Assembly (NCBI GenBank): GCA_013239625.1
Contig: MU054026.1
Span: forward strand, 806,001-870,000
Origin: Lama guanicoe
Lineage: Eukaryota
Reading direction: 5' to 3'
Length of the DNA: 64,000 nucleotides
Shown: positions 52,680 to 64,000 of the stretch, in pieces
How positions within the stretch are numbered: the first letter of the stretch is position 1
How the letters are laid out: every line of letters starts with the position of its first letter
Notes under the pieces: model-generated
The model's database searches: none
Seen by the model: only the letters and a program-made list of their open reading frames with translations
What the model was told of the DNA's origin: nothing
Translations under genes and position numbers: made by a program

Positions 52680-53720
52680 TCAGTATGTACTGAGCACACT
52701 CTGAGCCAGGCACTATGTCTGGTGTTTAGAATACGGTGGTAAACTGACTATGCTTCGATTATATATATATGTGTATATATATATATATGAGTTTATATAG
52801 TTTTGTGTATATGTGTGTGTATGTGTGTGTGTGTATATATATATATATACAGTCATTATAAATCACTAGTTTCTTTCCTTGAGAAATGTACATATATATA
52901 CACACACACAATGGCGACTAAGATCCAGTCCTTGACCATAAGGAATGTAGGGTTTAGGGAAAGACTGACAAGAGAGCAGTGGTTACAGATGAGATCCATG
53001 GTCTGTGATGATGCAACACGGGGCACATAATCTAACTAGTTTAGGGAGTTATGGAAGTCATCCAAGAAGAAGCAAAATTTAAAATGACAGATAAGGAGGA
53101 AGAGGCAATGAAGTCATGGAGAGAGATTTAGGCAGAATATAAAAAGGCTTAGCAGCCTGGGAGAGAATAGTGCATTTAAGAAACTCCATAAAGTTGAAGG
53201 ACAACAAATAAATTAAGGAAGGAAGGAAGGAAGGAAGGAAGGAAGGAGTACAAATAAAATAAAATAAAATCGAGGCTGATGAGAAAACAGGGGCCAGGTC
53301 CTAAGAGGTCTTGATAAGTGGTCTAAATTATTAGGGCTGTATCCTGTGGCAATAGTAATTCCTTGAAAGACATTAAGCAGGGAAATGATATGACCAGATT
53401 GGACCCTGAAAATATCACTCAAGCTGCAATGTAGGAAATGGATTATTGGGTATCAGGAGTTGTGGTGAAGGATAAACTGCTTTAAGACTGTGTAATTTGG
53501 GAGAGTACTGGTAGCCTGAAATTAGGTTGTGTACTGGTGGTGCAAAGCAGTGCACACATAGGATCCTACATAGGTAGTATCTAAAAGTCTTTGTGAGAGG
53601 TTGGATGAAAGGAATAAGAAAAAAGGAAAAGTCAAAACAAATGCCCAGGTTTCTGATCTAGGTGACTGGGTTTGTTATAGCAGTGGTGTTTAGTAAAATA
53701 GGCAGGATTTTAAGGGGATA
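52680..53720 (-). mobile_element. L2 relic containing (TA)/(TG) and (GGAA)n microsatellites
   Basis: L2 end motif 'tactgagcac...gagccaggcactatg', plus 'ttaagcagggaaatgatatgaccagatt' and 'gcccaggtttctg...gtgactggg'. (GGAA)n lies at about 53215-53246. Confidence 0.7.
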
Positions 53721-53754
53721 ATTGATTAGTCAGTATAACTAATGCTAGTTGCTA

Positions 53755-54837
53755 TATCAGCCATACCCACCCCTGAAAGCTAAAGGATCCTTGCTTTGAT
53801 TTATCTCTGTGTTTATTTCAGAGCATTTGTCAAAGACGTTTTATAGCCGTGCTTCAAGAGAACGTGCAGTGATCAACTGCCGGGAACTGGCTCTGATTTG
53901 ACCACAGGAATGTGCCTCCGCAGATGAGACCTGGAGGTGTCCTTTGCTTTGTTACCATGTTGGTGTCTCTGCCCAAGGAGCAGGATTGGACTTTGCTAGG
54001 CACAATCCCTGCTGTGTACAAAGACACCTGGAAGACCGCACATGCCCCACCTACCCACGGAAATCTCCACCCCTTGCCTAGAGCCCCGATGACATGCCTG
54101 CCTCCCACCCCTTAAAATTCCTTTACTCCCCTCCCCTCAGGAAGAAGGTGTTCTGAGAGCACTGGCTCTCCCTTCTCCATTGCTTGATCAATGAATAAAG
54201 TTTCTGCTCTGCTATACTGAACCCGTTTTCCTTTTACTGGCATTTGCAACTCTGAACATGTTGCAGCAAAGTGTGTTACAGCTCAGCCTTACAGCTCAGT
54301 TGTGACAGCAACCTGGATCCTGGTGAGAGACCAAGCAGCACTCAGTGAGTTGGAGAACTCAGGTTTACTACACTGGCGGGCCCAGAGGAGTTACCACTTC
54401 AAGCTCTGGACCCCGTCTGTAGGTTTACACAGGATTTTATAGGCTGCCAGTCTATAGATTTTTGCAACATCATATGCAAATAAGGTGTAACAAAGTTGAC
54501 TAATCTGGAATGAGCTTTTCAGAAGTGAACCAATCGGGAGTGATAGAAATGGGCCAATCAGGAGCGAGCTTTATGCAAATGAGGTGTTACAAATGGACCA
54601 ATCACGAGTGAGCTCAGGGAACCAATAGAGTCATAGAGGTAAGTTCTGGTTTCCTAGAAGCAAGCCCTTTATTATAGAGGCAAAAAACGACATAATGCCA
54701 CCAGGCCAGGGAACCCGATGGCGCTGGCAGGAAAGTAGTGACACCTGCCTGGGGGTCCTGCTGGTCTTTTCATGGGGCTTCCCATCTCAAGCAAAGGACC
54801 CACTGAGGGGTCACTGACTTGTTGGGGATCGGTAACA
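53755..54837 (+). mobile_element. ERV-type solo LTR (outer), interrupted by a second LTR and itself inserted in an MLT1 relic
   Basis: AATAAA near 54194 and end 'ggtaaca' at 54837. Near-match 4-bp TSD gcta (53751-53754) / gtta (54838-54841). The flanks rejoin into an MLT1-like 'ttagtcag...gcta..acaacaaccttcaaatctcagtggctt'. Confidence 0.7.
54274..54789 (-). mobile_element. ERV1-type solo LTR (inner), same family as 31139-31488
   Basis: TG...CA termini. Its reverse complement shares 'cctataaaa...tgtgtaaacctacaga...taactcctctgggc...tgcttggtctct' with 31345-31488. The flanks agtg/agca are consistent with a decayed AGCG TSD. Confidence 0.85.
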
Positions 54838-55074
54838 GTTAAAACAACAACCTTCAAATCTCAGTGGCTTCACACTGTAGAAGATTTTGTGTTGCTCACC
54901 ATACAGTTTGATGAACAGATTTCCTAGTGGCAACTCAGTGATCTGGAAGCATTATGAGAGTTTGCCATCTCAGAGTCCTTTGATTACATTTGCATTGGGG
55001 GAAGAGAGAGAAAGTTCTATTTTTAAAAATTATTTTAAACCATTAACTTTATTTTTAATAGCAGCTAATGTTAT

Positions 55075-55380
55075 CCCAACTAATACAAAGGTAGGATGCT
55101 ACCACAACAAACACCTAAAACATGTGGCGAAGGCTAGCGTTCAGGAAGCAAGTAGGAAGAAAGCTGCTATTACCAACTTAGACGCCCATACACGTTACGC
55201 AGTGGCAAAAGGTCTGGAAAACTATCTCTTCTGCAGTAATTTGAGAAACAGCCTATTTGCCCCAAGTGAACCGACCGCTGTAGGTAGAGCTGTGAGTAGA
55301 ACTTTAGTTGTGATCGTTTTCAGTGGCTGTCTTGGGCAAGTGGTAAAATGCAGACAAGACCTCAGAAAGAACTGACTTCT
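55075..55380 (+). mobile_element. MaLR LTR end and start of internal (MLT-int-like) sequence
   Basis: 'actaataca' followed by 'ggatgctaccacaacaaacacctaaaacatgtggc' resembles the LTR/internal junction of MaLR elements. Confidence 0.55.
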
Positions 55381-58300
55381 CAAAAGCTTTGCCTGAAGTT
55401 GAGGAACAAGGTCATGTTGTAACTAGATGAATGTATGAGGTCAATGGAGATTTTAAGACATGAGAGGACGAGAAGGAATTCTTGAAGGATCCACAGCGCC
55501 TCACTCCCGTTGCTGATTTCAGGGCACCCTGTCTGACATCACAAACTCTCACTCCACTTGTAATCCTACAGCAGTTTCTTTCCTTTATCCTGAATTCCCG
55601 TAAGGTTAGCTTTTAAACTTCATAAATGCAGGGGATGTCTTCTACTTCTCTGTTCCCCAGGGCTAAACAGAGAGTGAACACACATCAAGACTGTAATAAA
55701 TATTTTATTGATGTTTAGCTGCAATAGACATTGAGGTTGCTTAATTGGGAAATGAGATTCTGAGAAAAATACACGGTACTAGATTTCAGAAATAGGAATT
55801 TAGGACAGAAATTAGAAAAGAAAAAACCGTATTTCCCAGAATTTTGATGAACTTTTACTAGGGAATTTTTAGAACATCCTTCTGAAATTATTTTTAATAT
55901 TAGTTTTCAGGCCACTAATTCCCTCAGTCATAAATATGTACTGTGCAGAATATGTAACTGGGCTATTATAGTCGGTCTCAAAATGCTTAGATGTTCCATC
56001 ATTGTATTTTTGTATTACCTTTCCATTTTTTGTTTCATCTATTAATAATATTTTTATCTATTAATGATACTTTACAAATAAACTATTTAAAAAAGCACCT
56101 TCAGTCTTTTCATTGTTTAACGTTCACATTTGTTACTGAATCCTGACACATCCTGGGAAGATGGGCTAGGGAGACACTTTTATTTTTGCTCAGTGACAGA
56201 TCTGGGATTAGAACTCAGTTTCTCTACCTCCCAATCCAGAGATCTTGCACTATATAAACTCCGTCAGTGCATTTGTGACATTTCCATCCCAAGGATTCAG
56301 CTCATACAGTCTTGTCAGTTTTTGCGCCTGCCTTCTTCCCCTGGTTCCGTTGATATGTTTGGAATGAAGAATAATGACTCTAATCTAAATAGAAAAAGCT
56401 GATTAACACAGCCATCAAACATTTATTTCATAGATGGCTCAGGCATAGTGAGGACTTGTGGAAACTCTCCATCTGAGCAGCCTGTTCAAATTGCCTGGAG
56501 CTTTCTCACTCTGTGGGGCTGGCACTCAGTCTTGACTGTGTGTCCAATCTCAGGGTGCTCAGGGGACCACCGCGCACTTGCCGAATCTTAGACGCATCAT
56601 AGCTCTTAGCAAGAACTTTATTCAGTCAGTAGGTGGAGGTACTCTCTTTGCACCTGAAGTCACCCAATGTTACTTGTTGCATAAAACTGCCTACACGCAA
56701 AACTGACTGGTCACAGGAAAAAAAAAAAGATTTAGGCAAAGGTACTGGATTGATTCTCAAATAATTTCAAACTCCAAGTTTTAATTTTCAGAGACAGTAT
56801 CAATAATTTTTTAAGTGCATGCTACTAGTCAAATGATAATATGGTAACTCTTATTTTTAGTTATTTTTAGAATGGTCAGACTGCATTTTACTTGTCTCTT
56901 CTTTGGATGAATTGCAGGTTCTTCTCATGAAAATAGACTAAAATAAGCTTTGGGAAACAAACAGAAAGAAATGTCGTCTACTAAGGAATTCAAATGAGTG
57001 TTTATGTATGAGCTGTCAAGTCTGCACCCAAGTCTGTGTTCCAAATTGCATATTCTTAGTGATCAGACATTTAAAAAAACACTATTAAAGTTATCAAAAA
57101 CTTTGTTGTCAGCTGGAGACATTTTAGAGTTTTCCATAGTAATTTTGAACTAAGTCTTGCACCCAACTTCTAAATAGTTTGAAACAGTGCTTATATTGGA
57201 GAGTTAATCTTTGCTAGAGAATATTATCTATTAAGTCTTCAGGAAAGAAGTTCCCCTTAGGATACAGCACATGGTTTCAATTAAAGAGATCTGGACTGAC
57301 GAGAGGCACATATTTTACAATTAGGTCCACCATCAGATAGCTACATAATTTTGGATATAAGTTATTTAACTTCTCCATGTCAGTTTTCTCACCTATAAAA
57401 TGGGGGGGGGGATGCCTGTGCTTTTTGCAGGAACTCTAAGGTGTCAAAGGTACATTTTCATTGAAATAAATATTTGGAAAATATCGTATTTTAAAATGCA
57501 GGATTTATCCTTCTTAGGTCCTATATGTTATAATCCACTAGCCATTGTGGACCTGGTATACTTTGAAATATGGTACCTTTCTTATTTTAGTTTTAGCTTA
57601 TAGCTTGGATATATTTGAATTAAGCAGCTCTCCCTTGTGGCCCCAATTATATGGCTCTTGAGCACATATGAGTGAATGTTTAAGAGGAGGGTGGGAAAAC
57701 ATAACAATACAGATGCCAACTCCCTAGCATTTTCTTGGCTTGGATTATTATCTCTAAAATGAAAAATGGGGGGGGGGGATAAAAGAGGAAAGAGATGAAA
57801 AGAAAAAGGGCAAAGTCTTTTCTCTTATCTATTTTAAGATATTTTTTGTGTGGCCATATTTACCAGCTTTTTTTTTTTTTAATTTTCATTAAGTGTCACT
57901 AAGAAACTAAATTAGGTTAAATTTTATTAATCTGGTTGTGTTTATATACTCAGTTTGAAGCAGGCAGACATCTGCCTTTAAAGAGTTCCTTCAAATGCGT
58001 TCTTTTGTTGATTTCCCTGTTTCAGATTCTTCTTTTCATTTATGTCACCTGTGAAGGCGTGTGAACTCACAGAAATGATCGCTGAGGGAACACAGCCTGT
58101 CTGGGTGTAGGCTTAGGGACCAAACCCAGCAAGTAGCATTTGGTTGCTTAGATAACGGTGCCATCTTCCCAGCTCTGATGAAGACAATGAAATATTCATG
58201 AGTTTCTTAAAGGCTTTTGGAAAGAGTGTGTGCTGGAATGGAACATTAATGAGCCAGTCTCTTCTGGTTACATGCCAAGCAGGGGCTGTTAAAGAATTAA

Positions 58301-59399
58301 GGTGACAAGCCAGAGTTCACCCAGGAGGAGGTAGAAAGGAGCAGCCTTTCCTTCAGCACTGCAAATGCTCCCCTGCCACACCAGTGAACGCCCATCTGGT
58401 CCAAGTTCTCTTGCATTCTTTGGAGTTATTCTCTTTAAAAATCTTAAGGTACGCAATGCATTGAATTGTTTTGACAAAAACCTGCTGAAGGGAACATTGA
58501 ATTACTTCAAACACATTCAGAAACCATTCAATTAGCCATTATTGAGTATGAGTTGCAATGTTTTAGGCGTTGGGGAGAAAAACAGAACAATCATACCTCA
58601 AGTTTCTTGCTTTCTTCTACCTCCAGACTAATTGAAAAGCTATGGGTAAAATTACTCTGTAATAAATTGTTTAATTGGGTAGAGATTTAAGTGCTTAAGG
58701 GAGGGAGACACTGAACACGATGGGGTCAAGGAAGCTTTCATGGATGAAGCGAGGCTTGTCTTGAGCCCTGGAGAAGTTATTAGACTTGCATAAACAGAGA
58801 AGAAAATGAGGTCCATCTTATGAAGAATAAAGAAAATAAACGAAAGTATAGATAAAGGAATGCACATCTGTAGATTACAAACATTTTATGTGATGCCATA
58901 TCGTCACTAGACATAGAAAGTAACATTCTCATTTTTCACACACAAGAATATGTAAATAAAATGAGCCGATGTCCTAAAAGAAACGCTGAGTTATATGAGC
59001 TAAGTATTGGCTCACCAAAACGTCCAGATTCTCTGAAAGGGGAAGGTGGCTTCCCGGGAGACACCAACTCAGAGAATCTCATAGCTTTACATGGTTCTCT
59101 GATAAGAGAAAATGCTCATGGTGCTTTCCCTGGTCACCCACACACGAGCCTCCGAATCGACAGTTTGTGGTTTTCTCTACAAGGCTGGGCTTTGCAGATG
59201 TTTAACAGCTGTATGTGCTTGGTTATATTTTTACTTTTACTTAACAACTAAATATCCACGGCATAGAACACAAGGTTCTAAAAACTCCTCTCTCTATCTC
59301 CTTCTTTAACATATAATCTAGTTTAGGGAAATATATAAACATGAATGTTTGTTTAAAGTTATACATAATTATACCAAAGAAATCATAACTAATATTTTG

Positions 59400-60020
59400 A
59401 TGAATTTGCATTTACATTTAAACCACACATGGTGTATATACTTTATTTATATATTTATTTATTTATTTAGTACAACTGTAATTCTGCCAAGCGTATAGTT
59501 GGTATCCTAATTTTTCATTTTTATTTTAAAAAATATGTCCTATGTCTTTTTCAATAGATGCTTAATCTCCACATACATAACTTATTGAAATATGCCTTAT
59601 TCTTGAATTTACATCTTATAACATTTTATCATTATAATCAACACTTTGATAAGCATCACTTAACATTAGTCTATAATTCAATGCTTATTTTCTCAGGGTA
59701 AATTCCCAGATTTGAAATGTCAGAATTGAAATGCATCATGTTTAGTGTTTTGGGCACATATTGCCAAACTGTTCTCCAAAAACTACCAATTTATCATCCA
59801 TTCAAAATATGAAAAGACTCATCTATTTCATAAAAGATTCCTTGTCAAGTTGGAGATTATCTTTTTAAAAGGTATTTGTCAACTTGATAGATGAAACTAA
59901 TGTCATTATTATTACTTACATTATTTATAAATTTGAACATTTTATTTTTTTATTTAATGGATATTTGGATATTTGTGTGTCTGTGTGAGAGAGAGATGTT
60001 TCATCATGACATTTGCCCAC
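59400..60020 (-). mobile_element. Ancient L1ME-like 3' fragment
   Basis: 'gggtaaattcccaga' and 'catattgccaaactgttctccaaaa' are antisense L1ME motifs. Confidence 0.65.
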
Positions 60021-60029
60021 TTTTCTATT

Positions 60030-62265
60030 TTTTATATATATTCATTTTTATACAATTTTCACCATAAGATACTGTAAGGTATTAAATACAGTTCCCTGTG
60101 CTATACAGTATGAAGTTGTTGTTTATCTATTATATATATATATATATATATTAGGTACTGTCTGCAGATCTCAAACTCCCTATTTATCCCATCCCACCTC
60201 CTTCCCCTCTGGTAACCATAAGTTTGTTTTCTATGTCTGTGTGACTGTTTCTCTTTTATAAATAAGATTGTTTGTCTCTTTTAGATTCAACATATAAGTG
60301 ATATCATATGGTATTTTTCTTTCTCTTTCTGGTTTACTTCACTTAGAATGATAATCTCCAGGGACATCCATGTTGCCGCAAATAGCATTATTCTATCATT
60401 TTTATGGCTGAGTAGTATTCCATTGTATAAATATGCCACAACTTCTTTATCCAGTCATCCATCAATGGACATTTGGGTTGTTTACATGTCTTGGCTATTG
60501 TAAATAATGCTGCTGTGAACATTGCAGTGCATCCATATTTTCGAATTAGAGTTCCTGCTGGTTATATGCACAGGAGTGGGAGTGCTAGGTCATATGGTAA
60601 GTCTATTTTTAGTCTTTTGAGGAATCTCCATACTGTTTCTCATAATAGTTGAACCAAACTACATTCCCACCAGCAGGGTAGAAGGGTTCCCTGTTCTCCA
60701 CAGCCTCTCTGGCATTTTTTGCTTGTGGACTTTTGAATGACGGCCATTCTGACTGATGTGAGGTGATACCTCATCATAGTTTTGATTTGCATTTCTCTGA
60801 TAATTAGTGATATTGAGGATTTTTTCATCTGCCTATTGGCCATTTGTATGTCTTCATTGGAGAATTGCTTGTTTTGGTCTTCTGCCCATATTTGGATTGG
60901 GTTGTTTGTTTTTTTGTTATTAAGTCATATGAGCTGTTTATATATTCTGGAAATTAAACCCTTGTCAGTCTCATCTTTTGCAAATATTTTCTCCCATTCC
61001 ATAGGTTGTCTATTTTGCTTATGGTTTCCTTTGCTGTGCAAAAGCTTCTGTTGCCTGGGTGGACTGTCCTAGGGGAATACTGCTAAGATTTATGTCAGAT
61101 AATGTTTTGCCTATGTTGTCTTCTAGGAGGTTCAGAGTGTGTTGTTTATGTTTAAGTTTTTAAGCCATTTTGAGTTTATTTTTGTGTATAGTGTGAGAGA
61201 GTATTCTAACTTCTTGCATGTATTGATTTAAACGTAGCCTGTCCAGCTGTCCCAACACCATTTGCTGAAACGACTGACTTTATTTACTCCATTGTATGTT
61301 CTTGTGTCCTTTATCAAAGATTAATTGATGAAATATTTGTGGCTTTATTTCTGGGATCTCTATTCTATTCCATTGGGCCATATGTCTAGTTTTGTGCCAA
61401 TACCATGCTGTTTTGATGATTGTAGCTCTGTAGTATTGTCTGAAGTCTGGGAGGGTTATTCCTCCAGCTTCATTCTTTTTCTTCAGTAATGCTTTGGCAA
61501 TTCTGGGTCTATTGTGATTCCATTTAAATTTTAGGATTATTTTTTCTAGTTCTTTGAAAAATGTCCTGGGTGATTTGATAGGGATCACATTAAATCTGTA
61601 GATGCTCTGGGTAGTATGACCATTTTAACAATATTAATTCTTCCAATCCAAAAACATGGAATATCTTCCCATTTCTTTAAGGCATCTTTAATTTCCTTAA
61701 TCAATTTTTTGCCATTCTCCATATAAAAGTCTTTCACTGTATGTTTCTAGAAATTTGTCCATTTCTTTAAGTTTCTACTAAGTTGTCCAATTTATTGCCG
61801 TATCGTTTTTCATGGTATTCTCTTATGATTTTTTGTATTTCTGTGGTGTTGGCTGTAATTTTTCAATTATTATTTTTTGTATTGTTTATTTGTGTCCTCT
61901 CTCTTTTCTTCTTGGTGAGCCTGGCCAGAGGTTTGTCAATTTTGTTTGCTTTTTCAAAAAAACCAGCTTCTGGTTTGATTGGTATTTTCTATTTTTTTTT
62001 AATCTCTATTTTATTTTCTTCCTCCCTGAATGTTATTGTTTCTTTTCTTATGGTAACTTTAGATTTTGCTCATTCTTCTTTTTCTAATTCTTCAGTGGTA
62101 GGTTAGGTTGTTTATTTCAGATTGTTCTTGTTTTTTGAAGAAGACCTGTATTGCTATGACCTTCTCTCTTAGGATTGCTTTTGCTGCATCCCATAGATTT
62201 TCTGTGGTTGTGTTTTTTATTGTCATTTGTTTCAAGGTATTTTTAAATTTCTTCTTTGGTTTCAT
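60030..62265 (-). mobile_element. Lineage-type L1, 5'-truncated, with an internal deletion near 61740
   Basis: ORF2 peptides '[64 protein letters not shown]' and '[23 protein letters not shown]' are present, along with the 3' UTR. The RT core is missing between about 61740 and the upstream ORF2 piece. Confidence 0.93.
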
Positions 62266-62849
62266 ACACAGATTAAAATGCCATCACATTCATGAAAAAG
62301 CACACAAATACCCATTAAAAAAATGTGTGCCCTTGCTATGACCAAACTAACTCTAGGGGAGAATTTATTCTAAGATAGATCAATCTTAGATTCCACATAA
62401 GGAAGTATATGTAAGTTATAATTACTTTGCTCATGGTTTGCTCAAGTAACTCTTTAGGTCAGTTTTGTCAATAAGACAGGTCCAAGGCTAGAATTTTGTG
62501 AATAGTCACCTAATGAGGTGCCTGTGTCTATATAAGGCAGTGGGGGAGAGCTGGTGCTGCACTTGTAATCAGTAGTTCCTTGTCACTGGCAATAAGCAAA
62601 TAGCTCTTATGTCTTCCTAACCTTAAACTGAGGCTGCTCTTAACCCTGAGATTTTTTTTTCCCATCTTCTTGCCCTTACTCCAGGATTTACCTTCTCCAT
62701 CTTCACTCCTGACTTTTATCTAAATCCTATTTCTGTACTCAGGGTTCACTCTTGCTTGACATGTGTTTGTCTACCCTAATATTGATCAATTTAGCCAACT
62801 TTATCAGTCCCCTGTTTCCTATTTACAAACTGGAAGTTGGCTGCTCACA

Positions 62850-63500
62850 CCCAACATCATATCTGTTAGCCAAATCTTTCAGTTTTCTCTTCAAAGTGTC
62901 TCTGGAACCTGATTGTTAAACTGCACCTCCACTGAGGTACTCTTGTCTGAGCCACCATCACTGCATGCCTGGTTTGTTTCAAATAGTCTCTGAAATGGTC
63001 ACTCTGTTTCCGCCTTGCTCTATATGACAATCTGAAAGATCCTTACCTTCCTGATTTCATCTTATATTCAGCCCATAGTTCTACTTCAGTGGCCTCCTTA
63101 GCATTCCTCAAGACTTCTCCAACAAGCTTCAACAAGACTTCTGTATTAGGGTCTTCACAATTGCCATTCCCTCTACCTGCAAGGTTCTTCTCCAGAAAAA
63201 CCTCATGATCATTTTTCTTCATATTCCTTAGATATATTATCAGGGTTTTTTTTCCTCTGACCTTCTTGTATAAAAAGATACCCTATCTACCACTATCCCC
63301 CTTCCCTGATCATCTTTTATCATAATGCATCTCATATTTGAACAAAGCATATATTTATTCTTTGTCTCTTCTGGAATGCAGTCTTCATTAGGGCAAGGGT
63401 CTTTATCTGCTTTTTAAAATTTGTACTACTTAGTCTCCCACGGTTTCAAATAGCATTTGGCATCAAATGGCCCTGTAATAATGTATGAATGAAGGAGGTA
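62850..63500 (+). mobile_element. L2 3' relic
   Basis: 'ccaccatcactgcatgcctgg', 'ggaatgcagtcttcattagggcaaggg', and tail 'aataatgtatgaatgaa'. Confidence 0.7.
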
Positions 63501-64000
63501 AAATGAATAAATAAATCTATAGTCTATTTCTGTCTTACTTCACTGTATTGGAGGTAATATTTCTAGACCCCTCAAACACTTAAATATTAAAAGGAAATTT
63601 CAGTCCTACTCTCAGTCTAGTTGTCCAAGAAGGAAAATAAACACATAGGACAATTTTCCATGTACAAAATCACCAAATGCCCAATAAGTAAGAGGAATAT
63701 TTCTGGGATGATACATCTATTTACTCACATCTCATTTCATTCCACTCATTGAGGCAACTTAGAAAAGATAACAGAATGAATTTAGTAGTAAAGTAAATGA
63801 GACAAGTAAACAGTAAGATCAGAATGAAGTTAATACCCAAAACTCTAAGAAGAGATTGCCCATCTAGATTTAGCTGTCCCTAGTTTAAAAGTGAAGAGGA
63901 AAAACATATGAGCTCAAGGTTCACAGTGTTCATGAAGTCAAACAAGCTTATGTGAGAAGTAGGGCCATTCTTGATGCTGAGACATGAGTGACACATACTC

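Noticed and set aside
54887..55375. Longest ORF in the track (162 aa)
   Set aside because: It has no ATG start, overlaps MaLR LTR/internal relics, and shows no recognisable domain.
62520..62560. TATA/CArG-like 'ctatataagg' as a promoter
   Set aside because: The CArG is imperfect, and there is no CpG island or downstream exon evidence.
1..64000. A novel multi-gene system, operon or CRISPR array
   Set aside because: The window is repeat-rich mammalian non-coding DNA with no intact genes or repeat-spacer arrays that I can detect.

Overview
This is AT-rich mammalian non-coding DNA (intergenic or deep intronic). It is most likely camelid, judged from a tRNA-Ala-derived vic-1-like SINE and lineage-type L1 3' tails. 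I find no intact protein-coding gene, and the ORF track is explained by repeat fragments and chance ORFs. The window holds a 5'-truncated EEF1A1 processed pseudogene, L1 fragments of several ages, MaLR (MLT1) and ERV1-type solo LTRs, hAT DNA transposon relics (Charlie1/MER33-like, MER53, MER5A), L2/MIR relics and microsatellites. The most notable structures are: a three-level nested LTR stack whose innermost LTR is a CCAAT/octamer array; a TSD-flanked L1 with both termini but almost no coding region; a 40-bp templated insertion inside a microsatellite; a fold-back inverted duplication; a 246-bp tandem duplication; a candidate 21-nt microexon; and a CArG/GATA/NKX/AP-1 motif cluster. I cannot support a claim of a new biological system from this sequence. 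Repeat family names come from recalled consensus similarity, not from a database run, and boundaries of old repeats are approximate.
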